Made by a program: the position numbers and the translations under genes
Shown: positions 16,089 to 26,465 of the stretch, piece after piece
Layout: the number at the start of each line of letters is the position of its first letter
Numbering within the stretch: position 1 is the stretch's first letter
IMG/VR virus record: IMGVR_UViG_3300005937_000008
Location: 8,267-72,266 of that record
DNA: 64,000 bases
From: a virus
Taxonomy: Duplodnaviria; Caudoviricetes
Strand: one strand, 5' to 3'
Notes under the pieces: model-generated
Told to the model about the DNA's origin: nothing
Databases searched by the model: none
Seen by the model: only the letters and a program-made list of their open reading frames with translations

Positions 16089-17174
16089 CTACAGGACGCG
16101 GACGGTGAGGGACTGCTCGCCTGGCGAATAGGGCAGCGACAGGGATTCGATCACGCATGACGCGTTCGTCAGGCCGGCGCCGGTCACGGACACGATGTCG
16201 CCGGTCATGAGGCCGGGGTGGGGGACCATCGTCACGGCCAGTCTGCGGAACGCCTGTCGTCGCAGGAGTGTCAGTTTCGATGCAGCGGACTTCCGGCATT
16301 GGCTGACGGTGGTCAGCAGCGACGACTGGAAGGTGTACGGGACGGGCAGCGGATTGAAGGGGCCGCCGTAGCGGTAGGGCGAGTCGCCGATGCCGTCGTA
16401 AGCGACGCCCTGGATCTGGTTCCCGGAGGCGTCCTCGCCTTGGGCGACGACGACGTTGAAGGCTCCGTCGCGTGACGTTGCCCCCTGCCACCGGACGACG
16501 GTGCCGGTGGATGGGTCGTCGGTGATGGCGATGACCGGGCTGCCGGCGTCGGATACAGGCTCGATGAACAGGTAGCCGTCCTCGGTGACGCGTGCGTCTG
16601 CGGCCCAGGAGTCGAGCACTTCGGTGATGGCGGCGAGCCGGTCGGAGTCCCATTGCAGGCCGAGCGGGACGGCCCGGTCGGTCAGTGCGCCGTCGAAGCT
16701 GCAGGTGAGTGCGGGCTCGACGAGGCCGCGGATGACGGATCCGAGGGTGTCGGTGCTGGACGGCTGGAAGGGGCTGACGAGTTGGGCTTCGTCGATGAGG
16801 GTGAGGAGTCCGGCGCAGTTGACGGAGACGGTATCGCCGTCGGTCGACGACTCGGTGATGAGGAACCAGCCGCGATTGATCCATTCGAATTGGCCGCCGA
16901 TGTCGATACCGTAGTCGATGCGGAGCATCTGCCCGTAGGCGGCGAGCGGGTGGGTCGGGTCGGTGCCGGGGTCCCAGTCGTAGCCTTGGTCGCGGCGGGG
17001 TACGGTGAGGCTGATCTGTTCGGGGACGGCAAGGGATCGGTCGCGGCTCTCCGATCCGTCGTCGATGGGGATGTTGTCGGCGATGAGCTGCCCGTCGAGC
17101 CAGGATTCGGCCCGGATGTCCATGGTGTAGGAGCCCTGTACGACCGCGAGCGCGGTAGTCGACATGTCGAGCAT
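16089..17174 (-). CDS. Tail tip / baseplate-hub-like protein
   Basis: Follows the distal-tail gene; DGYL, FNVVVAQG motifs. Confidence 0.75.
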   Translation of the reverse strand: MLDMSTTALAVVQGSYTMDIRAESWLDGQLIADNIPIDDGSESRDRSLAVPEQISLTVPRRDQGYDWDPGTDPTHPLAAYGQMLRIDYGIDIGGQFEWINRGWFLITESSTDGDTVSVNCAGLLTLIDEAQLVSPFQPSSTDTLGSVIRGLVEPALTCSFDGALTDRAVPLGLQWDSDRLAAITEVLDSWAADARVTEDGYLFIEPVSDAGSPVIAITDDPSTGTVVRWQGATSRDGAFNVVVAQGEDASGNQIQGVAYDGIGDSPYRYGGPFNPLPVPYTFQSSLLTTVSQCRKSAASKLTLLRRQAFRRLAVTMVPHPGLMTGDIVSVTGAGLTNASCVIESLSLPYSPGEQSLTVRVL

Positions 17175-17175
17175 G

Positions 17176-18645
17176 TCAGGGCCCGAAGTCGTACTGTGCG
17201 ATGTCCAGGAGCGTGCCGGTGAAGAAGGCGGCGATGTCAGCGAGGGTCGAGAAGTTGTTCGCGATATCGGCGAGGGTGAACCCGGCGGCCTCCATGACGT
17301 CCGGCCAGTCGTCGGCCTTGACGACGTTCAGCTGGAACCACCTGAACTCGTCGTACCAGTTCGGATCCTCGGAGTCGTCGAGGAGGGCGTAGGTGCCGTC
17401 GAGGCGCGACAGTGAGGTCTGCTTGCGCACCAGGATGACGCCCTCGGTTGCGTTGTCGAGGACAGAGTTCAACGCGTCACCGTCCTCGTCGGTTTCGGTG
17501 CGGACGGTGATGGAGCCGGAGCGGGACGAGCGGGGCTTGCCCTGGACGACGATGCGCCCGTTGATGTTGAACTGGGTGGCGTCGCGGTCTCGTTTCCAGC
17601 CGAGCGGTGATTCGACCTTCACCGCAGCGCCGACACCGCGGATCGCGTCCGAGATGACGTCGCTGGCCACGGTGGAGGTGATCGGGCCGGAGTAGACGGT
17701 CCACTGGTTGCCGTTCACGTCGGTGAGGACGGCCGCATAGTTGAGGGAGACCCCGAACGGCTGCTCGGCATCCACGCGCAGCAGGGTTGCCTGTCCGGTG
17801 ACGTCGATGTTGCTGGCCGCGCGGACCGGGGTGAGCGTGGTGTCGACCTGCCGGTACAGCGTGGCGGTCACGATGTCGTCGCCGGTAAGGCCGGTCGCGG
17901 ACACCAGGTTGCGAGGCGGAAACACCGACTGGGCGGTGGCGTTGACGTCGCTCGACGCCTCACGGATGCGCAACACGCCGCCGACGCCGGTGTTGTTGCC
18001 GGAGAGCGTGGCGGTCACGGTCGGCGCCTGAGTACCCGAGCCGGACGAGACGCTACCGGTGGCCATGCCGAGTCGTTCGAGGTTGCCGGTGGCGATGCCG
18101 TCGTCGATGCGCTCGGTGATCGTCCCGTAGGTGATCCCGGTTGCCGTGACGGCTTCCACGGAGATACCGAGGGCGTTGGAGTTGATGGCGTAGCCGAGCA
18201 GGACGAAGTCGCCTGCGAGCCACGTCAGGGCATCAGAGCAGGCCGCGGAGAAGGAGGTGTTGGCCGAGGTGTCCTCACCGAACGACCAGGCCCACCGCCA
18301 GCCGGTGCCGGCGCTGCGGGACAGGGTCGTCATGCGGGCGGCGATCACTGACCCCGCGGATCCGGTGGGGATCGCCGTGGTCGGCGTCGCATCCGAACCT
18401 GCCAGCTCTCGCACGAACCAGGTCAGCCTTCGAGGTCCGGCGCCTGAGCCGAAGGTGCCGCCCCCGCCGGAGAACGTGCCGGCGAGTGTCCATCCGGACG
18501 GGGTCGACGGGGTGGAGGCGCTGGGGTGACCGGACGCGACCGTGAGAATGGCCAACTGGCCCGCAGCCGTTCCGCTCGGATACGCGACGGTGATGGTGTC
18601 GGTGTGGCTGACGCCGGCACCGGTCGCGACATACGAGATGGTCAC
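17176..18645 (-). CDS. Distal-tail-like protein with N-terminal accessory beta domain
   Basis: Immediately after the tape measure gene; two-domain composition. Confidence 0.65.
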   Translation of the reverse strand: MTISYVATGAGVSHTDTITVAYPSGTAAGQLAILTVASGHPSASTPSTPSGWTLAGTFSGGGGTFGSGAGPRRLTWFVRELAGSDATPTTAIPTGSAGSVIAARMTTLSRSAGTGWRWAWSFGEDTSANTSFSAACSDALTWLAGDFVLLGYAINSNALGISVEAVTATGITYGTITERIDDGIATGNLERLGMATGSVSSGSGTQAPTVTATLSGNNTGVGGVLRIREASSDVNATAQSVFPPRNLVSATGLTGDDIVTATLYRQVDTTLTPVRAASNIDVTGQATLLRVDAEQPFGVSLNYAAVLTDVNGNQWTVYSGPITSTVASDVISDAIRGVGAAVKVESPLGWKRDRDATQFNINGRIVVQGKPRSSRSGSITVRTETDEDGDALNSVLDNATEGVILVRKQTSLSRLDGTYALLDDSEDPNWYDEFRWFQLNVVKADDWPDVMEAAGFTLADIANNFSTLADIAAFFTGTLLDIAQYDFGP

Positions 18646-21600
18646 CCGTTTCGCCTCCCCACCTTCGCTCGATGGGCCGCATCCCGCGCCGACGCGTTGA
18701 TCTTCGGTTTGACGGTGATCTCGATGAGGTCGCGCAGCCGGTCATCGTTGAAGTGGATGTGGACGTCCTGGCCGTTCGCCTCGATGGCTTCCGCCAGCCG
18801 CTCCCACAACTGCTCGTCCTGCCTGGCCGCGGACCGGCCGCTGGCGGCGGTCGGGACGTACCGACGGCGCATGGACACGCCGGTGGCGGTGTCGGCGAGA
18901 CGTTGGGCTGCGCCGCCAACGAGGTGGCTGTGCATGTCGATGCCGTGCATCATGCCGAGGACGACCTGCTTGCCGACCTCGTCGCGGAACACACCCGACG
19001 GAGACTTGATCTTCAGGGCCTTTTTGATCTCCTTGACCAGCGACTTGGCCAGCGAGTTGATCTGCTTCTGAAGGTCCTTCTCCTGCGCCTTCAGGCCGGC
19101 GAGGAAGCCTTCTCCGGCGTGCTTGCCGGAGTCGTACATCATGTCGGCCATGTCCTTGCCGAAGGACGTGGCGAGCTTGCCGCCGGAGGCCATCAGCTTG
19201 TTCAGCTTGTCGATGTCCTGGGTGGTGACGTTCTTCTGGCTGAGGATCGTCGCGAGCTGGCTGCCCGGACCGGCATCCGACAGTTGCTGCAACAGTTCTT
19301 TCGACGCGCCGCGCGCCTTCAGGGACTTGCTCAGCTGGACGAAGCCGCTGGCAGTCTTCTGCTGCGCGCCCGCCTGCGAGATGAGGTCACCGACGCTCGT
19401 CGCCGAGGTGCCGGAGATCGACAGGAAGTCCCGGATGTTCCCGGCCTGGTCGGACGCGTACTGGTTGGCCTCGGCGATCTTTTTCTGAACGGAGGCCCGC
19501 TTGTCCGCGAGGCTTTCGAGCTTGGCTCCCTTCTTCTGAACGGACGCCGCGGTCTTGTTGTAGCCCGCGTTGAGGAGCTTCGTCGCCACGCTCTTGATCG
19601 CCGAGGCGATCGCGGACGACGTGCCGGTCTCCAGCTTCTTCAGCAGCCCGGTCTGGATGGTGTTGGAGATGGAAACCTTCGCCGACCGCTGGGCGTTGTG
19701 GAGCGAGATCTTCGCGGCCTTCAGCTGCGTTTCGGCAGCCTGCAGCTCTTTCTCCGCGGCCTTGATGCCCTTGTGCCGCTTCTTCGCCGCGGCCAGCTTG
19801 TCCTTGGCGTCCTCGACGCGATCCTGGGCCTTCCTGTACCGGTCGGCCGCGTTCATGATGGTGCCGGAGGCGTAGCCGGGCAGCTTGATGCCGTTGGCCT
19901 TGGCGAACATCATCGACTGCGGATGGCTGAGGACATCCTCGCCACCCTTGAAGTTCACCAGCTCCGGACCCTTCTCCCCCACCCAGGCGAGCCCCTTCGC
20001 GGCGCCGCCAGTGCCCTGGGCGTACCAGTGCGGGGAGCGCGACAGCCACGCCGAGTAGGCGCTCACGGGGTTGCCGTACCGGGAAGCGATGTACGACAGG
20101 CCCCACTTGATCTGGGTGGAGGCGTTGGTCTTCCAGTCGGAGCCGGCCGATGCCATCTTCGATGCCGGCAAAGCCTGCGGGATACCGTAGGCGCCGCTGC
20201 TCTTGTTGAGGGCGCGTTCGTTCCAGCCGGACTCACCATTCCACAGGTTCTTGAGCGCCGCCCACTGCGGGCCCGCCCAGCCGCGGGTCAAGGCCAGCGT
20301 CTGCCCGATCTTCTGGTTCGCCGAGGAGCCGCCGCCGCTGCCCCCGAGTCCGAGCAGGCCAAGGACGTCGCCGCCCAGCCCGCCGAGCGCCTTGAGCGCC
20401 TTACCGGGGAGGGAAGCGATGGAGACGAGGCCCTTCTTGACGAGTGCGGCCAACGCCTTCGGCAGCGACCCGAACACCTTCTTCGCGATCGCCTTTCCGC
20501 TGGTCTTGGCCATGCCCTTCATCAGGCCGGAGACCAAGTGGCCGCCGATGCTCATGAACACGCGGGAAGGCGAGCGGATGCCGAAGAAGCGCTTGACCGC
20601 GGAGATGACCGGGTCGACCAGGTTCTTCTTGATCCAGGATCCGATGCCCTTGACCGCGCCAACGATGCCGTTCTTCATGCCGGAGACGAAGGCGCCGCCC
20701 TTGGACTTCAGCCACGAGCCTGCGGTCCTGAAGACGCCGACGGCAGGGTTGATGATGCGGTTCTTGGTCCAGCCGCCGATGCCCTTGGCGGCGCTGACCA
20801 CGCCGTTCTTCATGCCGGACACGAACGATTTACCCTTGCCGACCAGCCACGTCCCGGCGCGGCCGAACACGCTGACGGCCGGGTCGATGATGGTTCGCTT
20901 CGCCCAGCCGCCGATACCTTTCGCCACGGCCACGATGCCGTTTTTCAAGCCGGAGACGAAGCTGCGGCCCTTGCTGATGAGCCAGATGCCTGCGGTCTTG
21001 AACGCGTCGACTGCGGGTCGGCCGGCCGTGCGCCACACCCACGAACCGAGCCCCTTGGCGCCCCGGGCGATACCGCGGCCGAGGCCGACGACAAAATCGG
21101 CGCCCTTACGCAGCAGCCAGCTGCCGGCCTTCGCAAACGGCTTCAGGATCCAGCCGATGACGCGGCCGATCCACTCGCCGATCTGCCCGCCGGTCTTGAG
21201 GATGCCGCTGCCGAGGCCGCCGACGAGGCGCTCTCCGAACGCCGCGAAGCGGCCCGCGTAGCCGACGATGCCGAGGGCCAGTTTGCCGATGAACTCGCCC
21301 AGCTTGCCTGTCAGGCCGGGGAAGACGCGGGTGAATCCGCCGATCAAGCCCTCGAAGAAGCTCTTGCCGAACCGGCCGAGCGGCTTGATGACGAACTTGC
21401 CCAGGCCTCGCTCGATGAAGCCGCCCAGTTTGCTGATGTTCTTGAAGAGCGGTTCAAGGATTTTCAGGAAGGGGATGTGCTCGACCAGCTTGCCGAGCAC
21501 GCCGGCAATGCGTCCGATCGGGATGACCGAGAGCACGGCCAGGATCGTGTCGAGCCAGTGCTTCTTCCAGAAGCTCACAGTGAACAGCGGCTTGAACAGA

Positions 21601-23315
21601 TCGGTGATGAACCCAATGGCAAAGGGGATAGCCTGCCCACCAACGGCCTTGCCGACGTCCACGAAGTCGATGCCGCCCACGACCTTCGCCAGCTTCTTCG
21701 TCAGATCCGCAGCATGCTCGCCGACCCAGCCGATCATCCTCCCGAGGCCCTTGCCCAGCGAGCTTCCGAGCTTGCCCCAGTCGATGTCCTCGATGCCGCC
21801 CGAGACGGCGTTGCGGATGGTCTCGCCGAACGCTTTCGCCTGAGACTTCGGCGCCTTCGGTGTCTTGGGCTTGGCCAGCATCCCGGGCTGCGACGGCAGT
21901 TTGAACAGCTGCTGCTGCTTCGGGGCCAGGCTGACCGGGCCCTGCGGCTTCGCCAGCAGCCTCGGCGCCGCAGGCTGGGTCAGCATCACGGACGGCAGCT
22001 GGTTCTTGCTCGTCTTCTTGCCGCCGGAGTCGGTCAGGCCGTCCAGGAAGTCGGAGAACAGGCCACCTGCCGACTTGCCGCCAGTCAGGCCGGAGAAGAA
22101 GTCACCGACGACCTTCTTGGCATCCGAGAATCCCTTTTTGATTGTGTCGACGGGGATGAGCTTGCCCATGGCGGTGCCGAACTTCGCGGCCGCGGGCATG
22201 GCCGTGTTGGCGAGGAAGTGCACGAAGTCGGTGAGCGGCGGCAGCACCTTGGTGCCGACGCGGACGCCCATGACCTCCAAGTTGGAGACGAGCAGGTGCC
22301 ATTGGGCCTCGGCGGTCTTGCGCTGCTGTTTGACCGCGTCGTCGAACCGGCCGGTGGACTTGTTGACCTGGTCCTGCTTCTTCTTCAGCACATCCAGGTT
22401 GTTGATCATCAGGAGGATGCCGGACGACGACCGTCCGCCGCCGAACGCCCTGGACAACAGCTGCGACTCCTCGGCGGCCGACAATCCGCTCGCGTCAAGG
22501 TGGTCCTTCAGCATCTGGATGGCGCCGATCAAGCCGTCCTTGCCGCGCATCGCCTTGGCCAGGTCCAGGCCGGTGAGATGAATCTTCTTCAACTGCTTCT
22601 CGGCCGCCCCGCTGGGTGCGCCGAGCAGGCTGAAGGACATCCGCAGCCGGGTCGCTGCGGACGCGGAGTCGATGCCTTCGTCCGTCATCAGGGCGAGCGC
22701 GGCGCCAACCTGCTTCATCGACAGGCCGAACTCCTTCGCGGACGGCAGGATGCCCGTGCCGATCGCCGCGTTGAAGTCCGCCATTTTCATGTTGCCCGCG
22801 CCGATGATGGCGTTGACGGTGGAGACCGCCTCATGGAATGAGGTGGCACCGCGGATGCCGGTGCGCCAGGCGCCGGCCAAGGCGTTGGTGGTCTCCTCCA
22901 GGTCGGCGTGGCCAACCGCCGCCAGGTCAGACGCCTCCTTCAACGCCTTCATCGCGGACACGTTGTCCATGCCCACGCTCTTGAGGTGGTACAGGGACTC
23001 GGCGAGCTTCTGCGGGCCCTGCTGGGTCGTCGTGCCCAGCTTCAGCACCTGCTCCGACAGGATTTTGACGTCCTTCGTGGTGGCGCCCGCCTGCGTCGAG
23101 ATCCGCGTCATCTCCGACTGGAACTCGACAGCGCTCTTGGTTCCCTTGGCGAGCCCTGCCGCGAGCCCCACAGCCAGCGCTGCGCCTGCCACCTTTGCGG
23201 TGCGGGCGAGCTTTCCCAGGGCGGTGTCTGTGCCGCCTGCCGCGCGGCCGACCGTGTGGAAGGTGCGGCTGGCGGAGTCGTGGGCGACGAGCCGGTAGAT
23301 GATGCCGGTGGACAT
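18642..23315 (-). CDS. Tape measure protein with a lytic-transglycosylase-like domain
   Basis: About 1557 aa; TP901-type N-terminus; ESGWN...AYGIPQAL...QIKWGLSYI..RYG. Confidence 0.95.
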   Translation of the reverse strand: MSTGIIYRLVAHDSASRTFHTVGRAAGGTDTALGKLARTAKVAGAALAVGLAAGLAKGTKSAVEFQSEMTRISTQAGATTKDVKILSEQVLKLGTTTQQGPQKLAESLYHLKSVGMDNVSAMKALKEASDLAAVGHADLEETTNALAGAWRTGIRGATSFHEAVSTVNAIIGAGNMKMADFNAAIGTGILPSAKEFGLSMKQVGAALALMTDEGIDSASAATRLRMSFSLLGAPSGAAEKQLKKIHLTGLDLAKAMRGKDGLIGAIQMLKDHLDASGLSAAEESQLLSRAFGGGRSSSGILLMINNLDVLKKKQDQVNKSTGRFDDAVKQQRKTAEAQWHLLVSNLEVMGVRVGTKVLPPLTDFVHFLANTAMPAAAKFGTAMGKLIPVDTIKKGFSDAKKVVGDFFSGLTGGKSAGGLFSDFLDGLTDSGGKKTSKNQLPSVMLTQPAAPRLLAKPQGPVSLAPKQQQLFKLPSQPGMLAKPKTPKAPKSQAKAFGETIRNAVSGGIEDIDWGKLGSSLGKGLGRMIGWVGEHAADLTKKLAKVVGGIDFVDVGKAVGGQAIPFAIGFITDLFKPLFTVSFWKKHWLDTILAVLSVIPIGRIAGVLGKLVEHIPFLKILEPLFKNISKLGGFIERGLGKFVIKPLGRFGKSFFEGLIGGFTRVFPGLTGKLGEFIGKLALGIVGYAGRFAAFGERLVGGLGSGILKTGGQIGEWIGRVIGWILKPFAKAGSWLLRKGADFVVGLGRGIARGAKGLGSWVWRTAGRPAVDAFKTAGIWLISKGRSFVSGLKNGIVAVAKGIGGWAKRTIIDPAVSVFGRAGTWLVGKGKSFVSGMKNGVVSAAKGIGGWTKNRIINPAVGVFRTAGSWLKSKGGAFVSGMKNGIVGAVKGIGSWIKKNLVDPVISAVKRFFGIRSPSRVFMSIGGHLVSGLMKGMAKTSGKAIAKKVFGSLPKALAALVKKGLVSIASLPGKALKALGGLGGDVLGLLGLGGSGGGSSANQKIGQTLALTRGWAGPQWAALKNLWNGESGWNERALNKSSGAYGIPQALPASKMASAGSDWKTNASTQIKWGLSYIASRYGNPVSAYSAWLSRSPHWYAQGTGGAAKGLAWVGEKGPELVNFKGGEDVLSHPQSMMFAKANGIKLPGYASGTIMNAADRYRKAQDRVEDAKDKLAAAKKRHKGIKAAEKELQAAETQLKAAKISLHNAQRSAKVSISNTIQTGLLKKLETGTSSAIASAIKSVATKLLNAGYNKTAASVQKKGAKLESLADKRASVQKKIAEANQYASDQAGNIRDFLSISGTSATSVGDLISQAGAQQKTASGFVQLSKSLKARGASKELLQQLSDAGPGSQLATILSQKNVTTQDIDKLNKLMASGGKLATSFGKDMADMMYDSGKHAGEGFLAGLKAQEKDLQKQINSLAKSLVKEIKKALKIKSPSGVFRDEVGKQVVLGMMHGIDMHSHLVGGAAQRLADTATGVSMRRRYVPTAASGRSAARQDEQLWERLAEAIEANGQDVHIHFNDDRLRDLIEITVKPKINASARDAAHRAKVGRRNG

Positions 23316-23342
23316 GGCGCCTCCCCTCAATGTGCGGGCGGG

Positions 23343-23908
23343 TCAGGGCCAGTTGCGGCTCGGCTCGGAGGCCTCGTTCTCGGCGGCCTCGTCGGCCTCA
23401 GCTTGGAGCTGATAGAAGATCTCCCACTCGGCGAGCTCGCGGGCCGAGATCCGCCGGAGCATCTCCGCTACGGAGCAGTGGAAGACGTCTCGCGCGAGGA
23501 CGAAGTAGAACCGCCGTTGTCCGTCGGCGGCTCGGAGTTTCCCTCCAGTTCCGCCTTCTCCTCCTCGGACAGGCCGGACAGGCGGGTGGCGATGTCGTAG
23601 AGGCGGTCGATGACGGCGCCGTTCTTCGCGCCGAGCGCGGGCGCGTCCTGGTCGGTGAACAGGCGCTCCCCCGCCTCGTCGACGAGGCACTTGACGAGGA
23701 GCTTGGCCCGCATGCCTTCCTGGATGAGGACGGGCTCCATGCCCTTGCCGTCGAAGGTGGGACGGAACTGGCGGATGCTGCCCTGGAAGGCGTCGAGTTC
23801 GTCGCCGGTGAGGCCGCGGATGATGACCTCGCCGCCCCACTCGGGCACGTCGGCCTTTTCGGTCTGGACGTCTACGGCCTCGAGGATGCCGTCGCGGGAC
23901 AGTGCCAT
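23343..23908 (-). CDS. Tail assembly chaperone and its -1 frameshift extension
   Basis: ORF 23468..23908; G GGA AAC slippery site; -1 frame stays open to 23343. Confidence 0.88.
23537..23543 (-). other. Programmed -1 frameshift site GGGAAAC
   Basis: X XXY YYZ in the correct phase at ...LEGN. Confidence 0.85.
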
Positions 23909-23915
23909 GGTGCTC

Positions 23916-24389
23916 CTAGCTGATGTCGCGTGTGATGCCGTCCAGGACGCGACTGACGGCCCGGCGTGATGCCGGGCCCGCCGTGCGTAGGACGGAGTAG
24001 AAGTAGGGGTGCGGCGTCTGCGTGACCCAGTTCTCGCGGTTGCCGTAGACGGGGTGACGCCAGCGCTTCTTGCCCTCGACCATCGACGGCAGGCTCCTCA
24101 TGTGGGACGGCATCTTGCGTCCGTCTACACGAATTGCCACACCCGCCTGTTTGCCCGTGGTCTTCACCTCGAGCCGGGTCGCCCGGGCGAGGCTGCCACG
24201 CAGCCCGTCCGGGGTGTAGCCACGACCAGACGGGATAGAGCGGATCGACGAGCGCACGCGGGGAACGAGCGGGGCCGCGGCAGCACGCAGTTCCTTCCGG
24301 AACCGCTTGGTGACTTCCCGATCGTCCATGCGCCGCAGCTCGCCACTGATCCGCCGCAGATCATTCCCGCCCTGAAGCCGGATCGTCAT
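23916..24389 (-). CDS. Neck/tail completion protein (HK97 gp10-like)
   Basis: Basic protein; G.LR.S and WRHPV motifs; position. Confidence 0.7.
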   Translation of the reverse strand: MTIRLQGGNDLRRISGELRRMDDREVTKRFRKELRAAAAPLVPRVRSSIRSIPSGRGYTPDGLRGSLARATRLEVKTTGKQAGVAIRVDGRKMPSHMRSLPSMVEGKKRWRHPVYGNRENWVTQTPHPYFYSVLRTAGPASRRAVSRVLDGITRDIS

Positions 24390-24609
24390 CGCTGGCCTCC
24401 TCGCCGAACCGGACGAAGATGCGGTGCGTCGCGACATCCCGCCCGTCGGAGATCTTGTGTCCCGTCTCGTCCGTGGCGAAGAACGTGACGTACAGGCCGT
24501 AGGGGCTGAAATCCAGACCCTGCACGTCGCTCGGGTCGAGACCCAGCCCCTTACTGAAGGCGACGACGGTCGAGCGGGACACCCACTCGGGGACACTCGG
24601 GACCGTCAC
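24361..24609 (-). CDS. Hypothetical protein
   Basis: ORF between the tail tube and gp10-like genes. Confidence 0.6.
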   Translation of the reverse strand: MTVPSVPEWVSRSTVVAFSKGLGLDPSDVQGLDFSPYGLYVTFFATDETGHKISDGRDVATHRIFVRFGEEASDDDPASGRE

Positions 24610-25085
24610 GGCACCGTGATGTTCTCGACGGGAATCGAGGTGACGCTGAACTGGATGGTGATCTGCGCCGGGTTCTCCACGTCGCGGCTCTTCGGCTGGC
24701 CGGTCACCTTCACCGGGAACACGTCGTACTTCAGGCCCGCCGTGTCCCCCTCGGGGAAGATGCAGATGAAGCCGGCGGTGTCACGCGGCAGCAGGGTCCG
24801 CACATCCGAGGACGTCGACGACATGTACAGCGTGATGCTGGAGTCGTCGGCGGTGATCCTGCCCGGGATCTTCGACACGAAGCGGCTGCCGAGATCCGGG
24901 GTGTCCTGCTGATCCGAGTTGGTGGCGAAGCCCGACACGGAGGCGATCTCCGCCGTCAGGTCGGAGCCCGCGTTCAGCTCGGAACGAGTCGGCGCGCTCT
25001 TGTTCGCGATGGTCGCGACCCAGTAGTAGCGGGTCGTACCCGGCGGGATGTACCGGGAAGTTGCGGAGATCGGGGTGGCAGGCAT
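24606..25085 (-). CDS. Major tail (tube) protein
   Basis: PTRSELNAGSDLT..I..V.GF; position. Confidence 0.85.
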   Translation of the reverse strand: MPATPISATSRYIPPGTTRYYWVATIANKSAPTRSELNAGSDLTAEIASVSGFATNSDQQDTPDLGSRFVSKIPGRITADDSSITLYMSSTSSDVRTLLPRDTAGFICIFPEGDTAGLKYDVFPVKVTGQPKSRDVENPAQITIQFSVTSIPVENITVP

Positions 25086-25088
25086 CGG

Positions 25089-25376
25089 CTATTCGCCCTT
25101 CTTCTCTTGCGGCGCCTTGGCGCGCGACCGCGCCGGCCTCTCGGTGGGTGCTTCCGCCGGCTCCGACTTGTCCGGCTCGTCTGCGGTCTCGGCCTGCTCT
25201 TCGGCCGCGGCGGCTTCGACTTCCGCCTGCGCCTTCAAGGCGGCGCGCTTCTCGAGCTCCTCGGGCGGGACCTGCTGCCAGCCCGCGCCGGTGTAGTGCG
25301 GCATGGCGTCCTTGGGGACCTCGATCTCCTGGCCCTCCGGCAGGGTCGGGTGCCGCATCGTAATGGTGTCGCTCAC
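25089..25376 (-). CDS. Hypothetical structural-region protein
   Basis: GTG overlap; GWQQV motif; charged tail. Confidence 0.65.
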   Translation of the reverse strand: MSDTITMRHPTLPEGQEIEVPKDAMPHYTGAGWQQVPPEELEKRAALKAQAEVEAAAAEEQAETADEPDKSEPAEAPTERPARSRAKAPQEKKGE

Positions 25377-25714
25377 GGGACCCTCACCACCGCGACGGTC
25401 ACGCTGGTCGTGGCCGAGTAGTTGATGGTGGCGAGGCCGGTCGTCGGGTCGGCGTACAGGCTGGCGGGCAGCGGGATGATGCTCAGGCCGGTCGTCGCGG
25501 CGATGCTCGGCGACGTGCTGTCGGCGATGGCGAGGCGGCCGTCGATCGTGCCCGGCGTGGTGATGGTGACGGTGATTCCGGAGCCGCTCGCATTCTTGAC
25601 GAGCAGGAAGGTGCCGCTGCCGCATGCGGCGGTGTCGCCGTTCGTGGCGGCCACCAGTGAGGTGGAAATGTCGACGCCCACGTTGGGCACGACTTGGGTG
25701 ACGAGCGCGGTCAT
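25373..25714 (-). CDS. Small beta-rich virion protein
   Basis: NGDT...LLVKNASGS..TVTI. Confidence 0.7.
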   Translation of the reverse strand: MTALVTQVVPNVGVDISTSLVAATNGDTAACGSGTFLLVKNASGSGITVTITTPGTIDGRLAIADSTSPSIAATTGLSIIPLPASLYADPTTGLATINYSATTSVTVAVVRVP

Positions 25715-25794
25715 CCGCGTACTCCTGTTCTTGTTGACCCAACAGATGGGCGATGGGACGATCCGGCGACGTCCACAAATGGGGGGGAAGGCCG

Positions 25795-26001
25795 ATGGCC
25801 GTTCGTGATGTCCAGGCGCCGAGATTCCGCGCCGAGGAGAAGGCCAAGAAGACCGGAGTACGGCTCGCTGACCTGATCGAGCTCGTTGACAGGGCTCGTG
25901 AGGCAGGCATCGATCCCGAGACTGTGGTGCTGGGCGACTATTACGTGCTGGGCGCCCCGAGGGGTCGTAGGGGCTGCATCATCAAGTGGCTGGAGCTCTA
26001 G
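25795..26001 (+). CDS. Antisense small gene inside the structural operon
   Basis: ATG preceded by GGGGGAAGG; 68 aa; stop codons overlap in CTAG with 25998..26465. Confidence 0.55.
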   Translation: MAVRDVQAPRFRAEEKAKKTGVRLADLIELVDRAREAGIDPETVVLGDYYVLGAPRGRRGCIIKWLEL

Positions 26002-26465
26002 GCGCCGCTGTAGGCGTCGCAGGACACCTCGAACGCGACCGCCGCCTGGGCGCCTTGGGTGGTCTGCGCCTGGTCCAGGCTGTGTGACGAGATCATCGCC
26101 CGCATGACGGTGCCGCCGAGCTTCCGGTCTGCGGTGATCGCCGCGCCAGCCTCCGACAGGAGCTGATAGGCCCGCTGCCGGGCGCCTGTGATGTCGTCGC
26201 TGCCGCGGAGCACTACGGCGACGCAGCGGATGGTGAACTGCTCGCGGTCCACTACGCCGCTCATGCCTTCTTCGAGGAGCGTGGACTCGGCGCTGCCCTC
26301 GTCCTCGGCGCCCGTGTAGCCGACGGAGATGACCTCTTTGACGGTGGCCTGCGACGTCGACGGGCCGTCCCGCACCGTGACACCGGCCCCGCCCAGCCCG
26401 GGCCATTCTGCGAACGTGGCCAACAGGGCATCAATGGCGGCCGGGAGTCTGGACGTCCACGCCAT
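25998..26465 (-). CDS. Tail terminator / head-tail joining protein
   Basis: Position; DRKLGGTV and FEVSCDA motifs. Confidence 0.7.
   Translation of the reverse strand: MAWTSRLPAAIDALLATFAEWPGLGGAGVTVRDGPSTSQATVKEVISVGYTGAEDEGSAESTLLEEGMSGVVDREQFTIRCVAVVLRGSDDITGARQRAYQLLSEAGAAITADRKLGGTVMRAMISSHSLDQAQTTQGAQAAVAFEVSCDAYSGA

Noticed and set aside
18672-22841. 1389-aa plus-strand ORF, and similar long ORFs such as 40718..43009, 57233..58291 and 34538..35779
   Set aside because: Antisense shadows of real GC3-biased genes; no motifs or RBS
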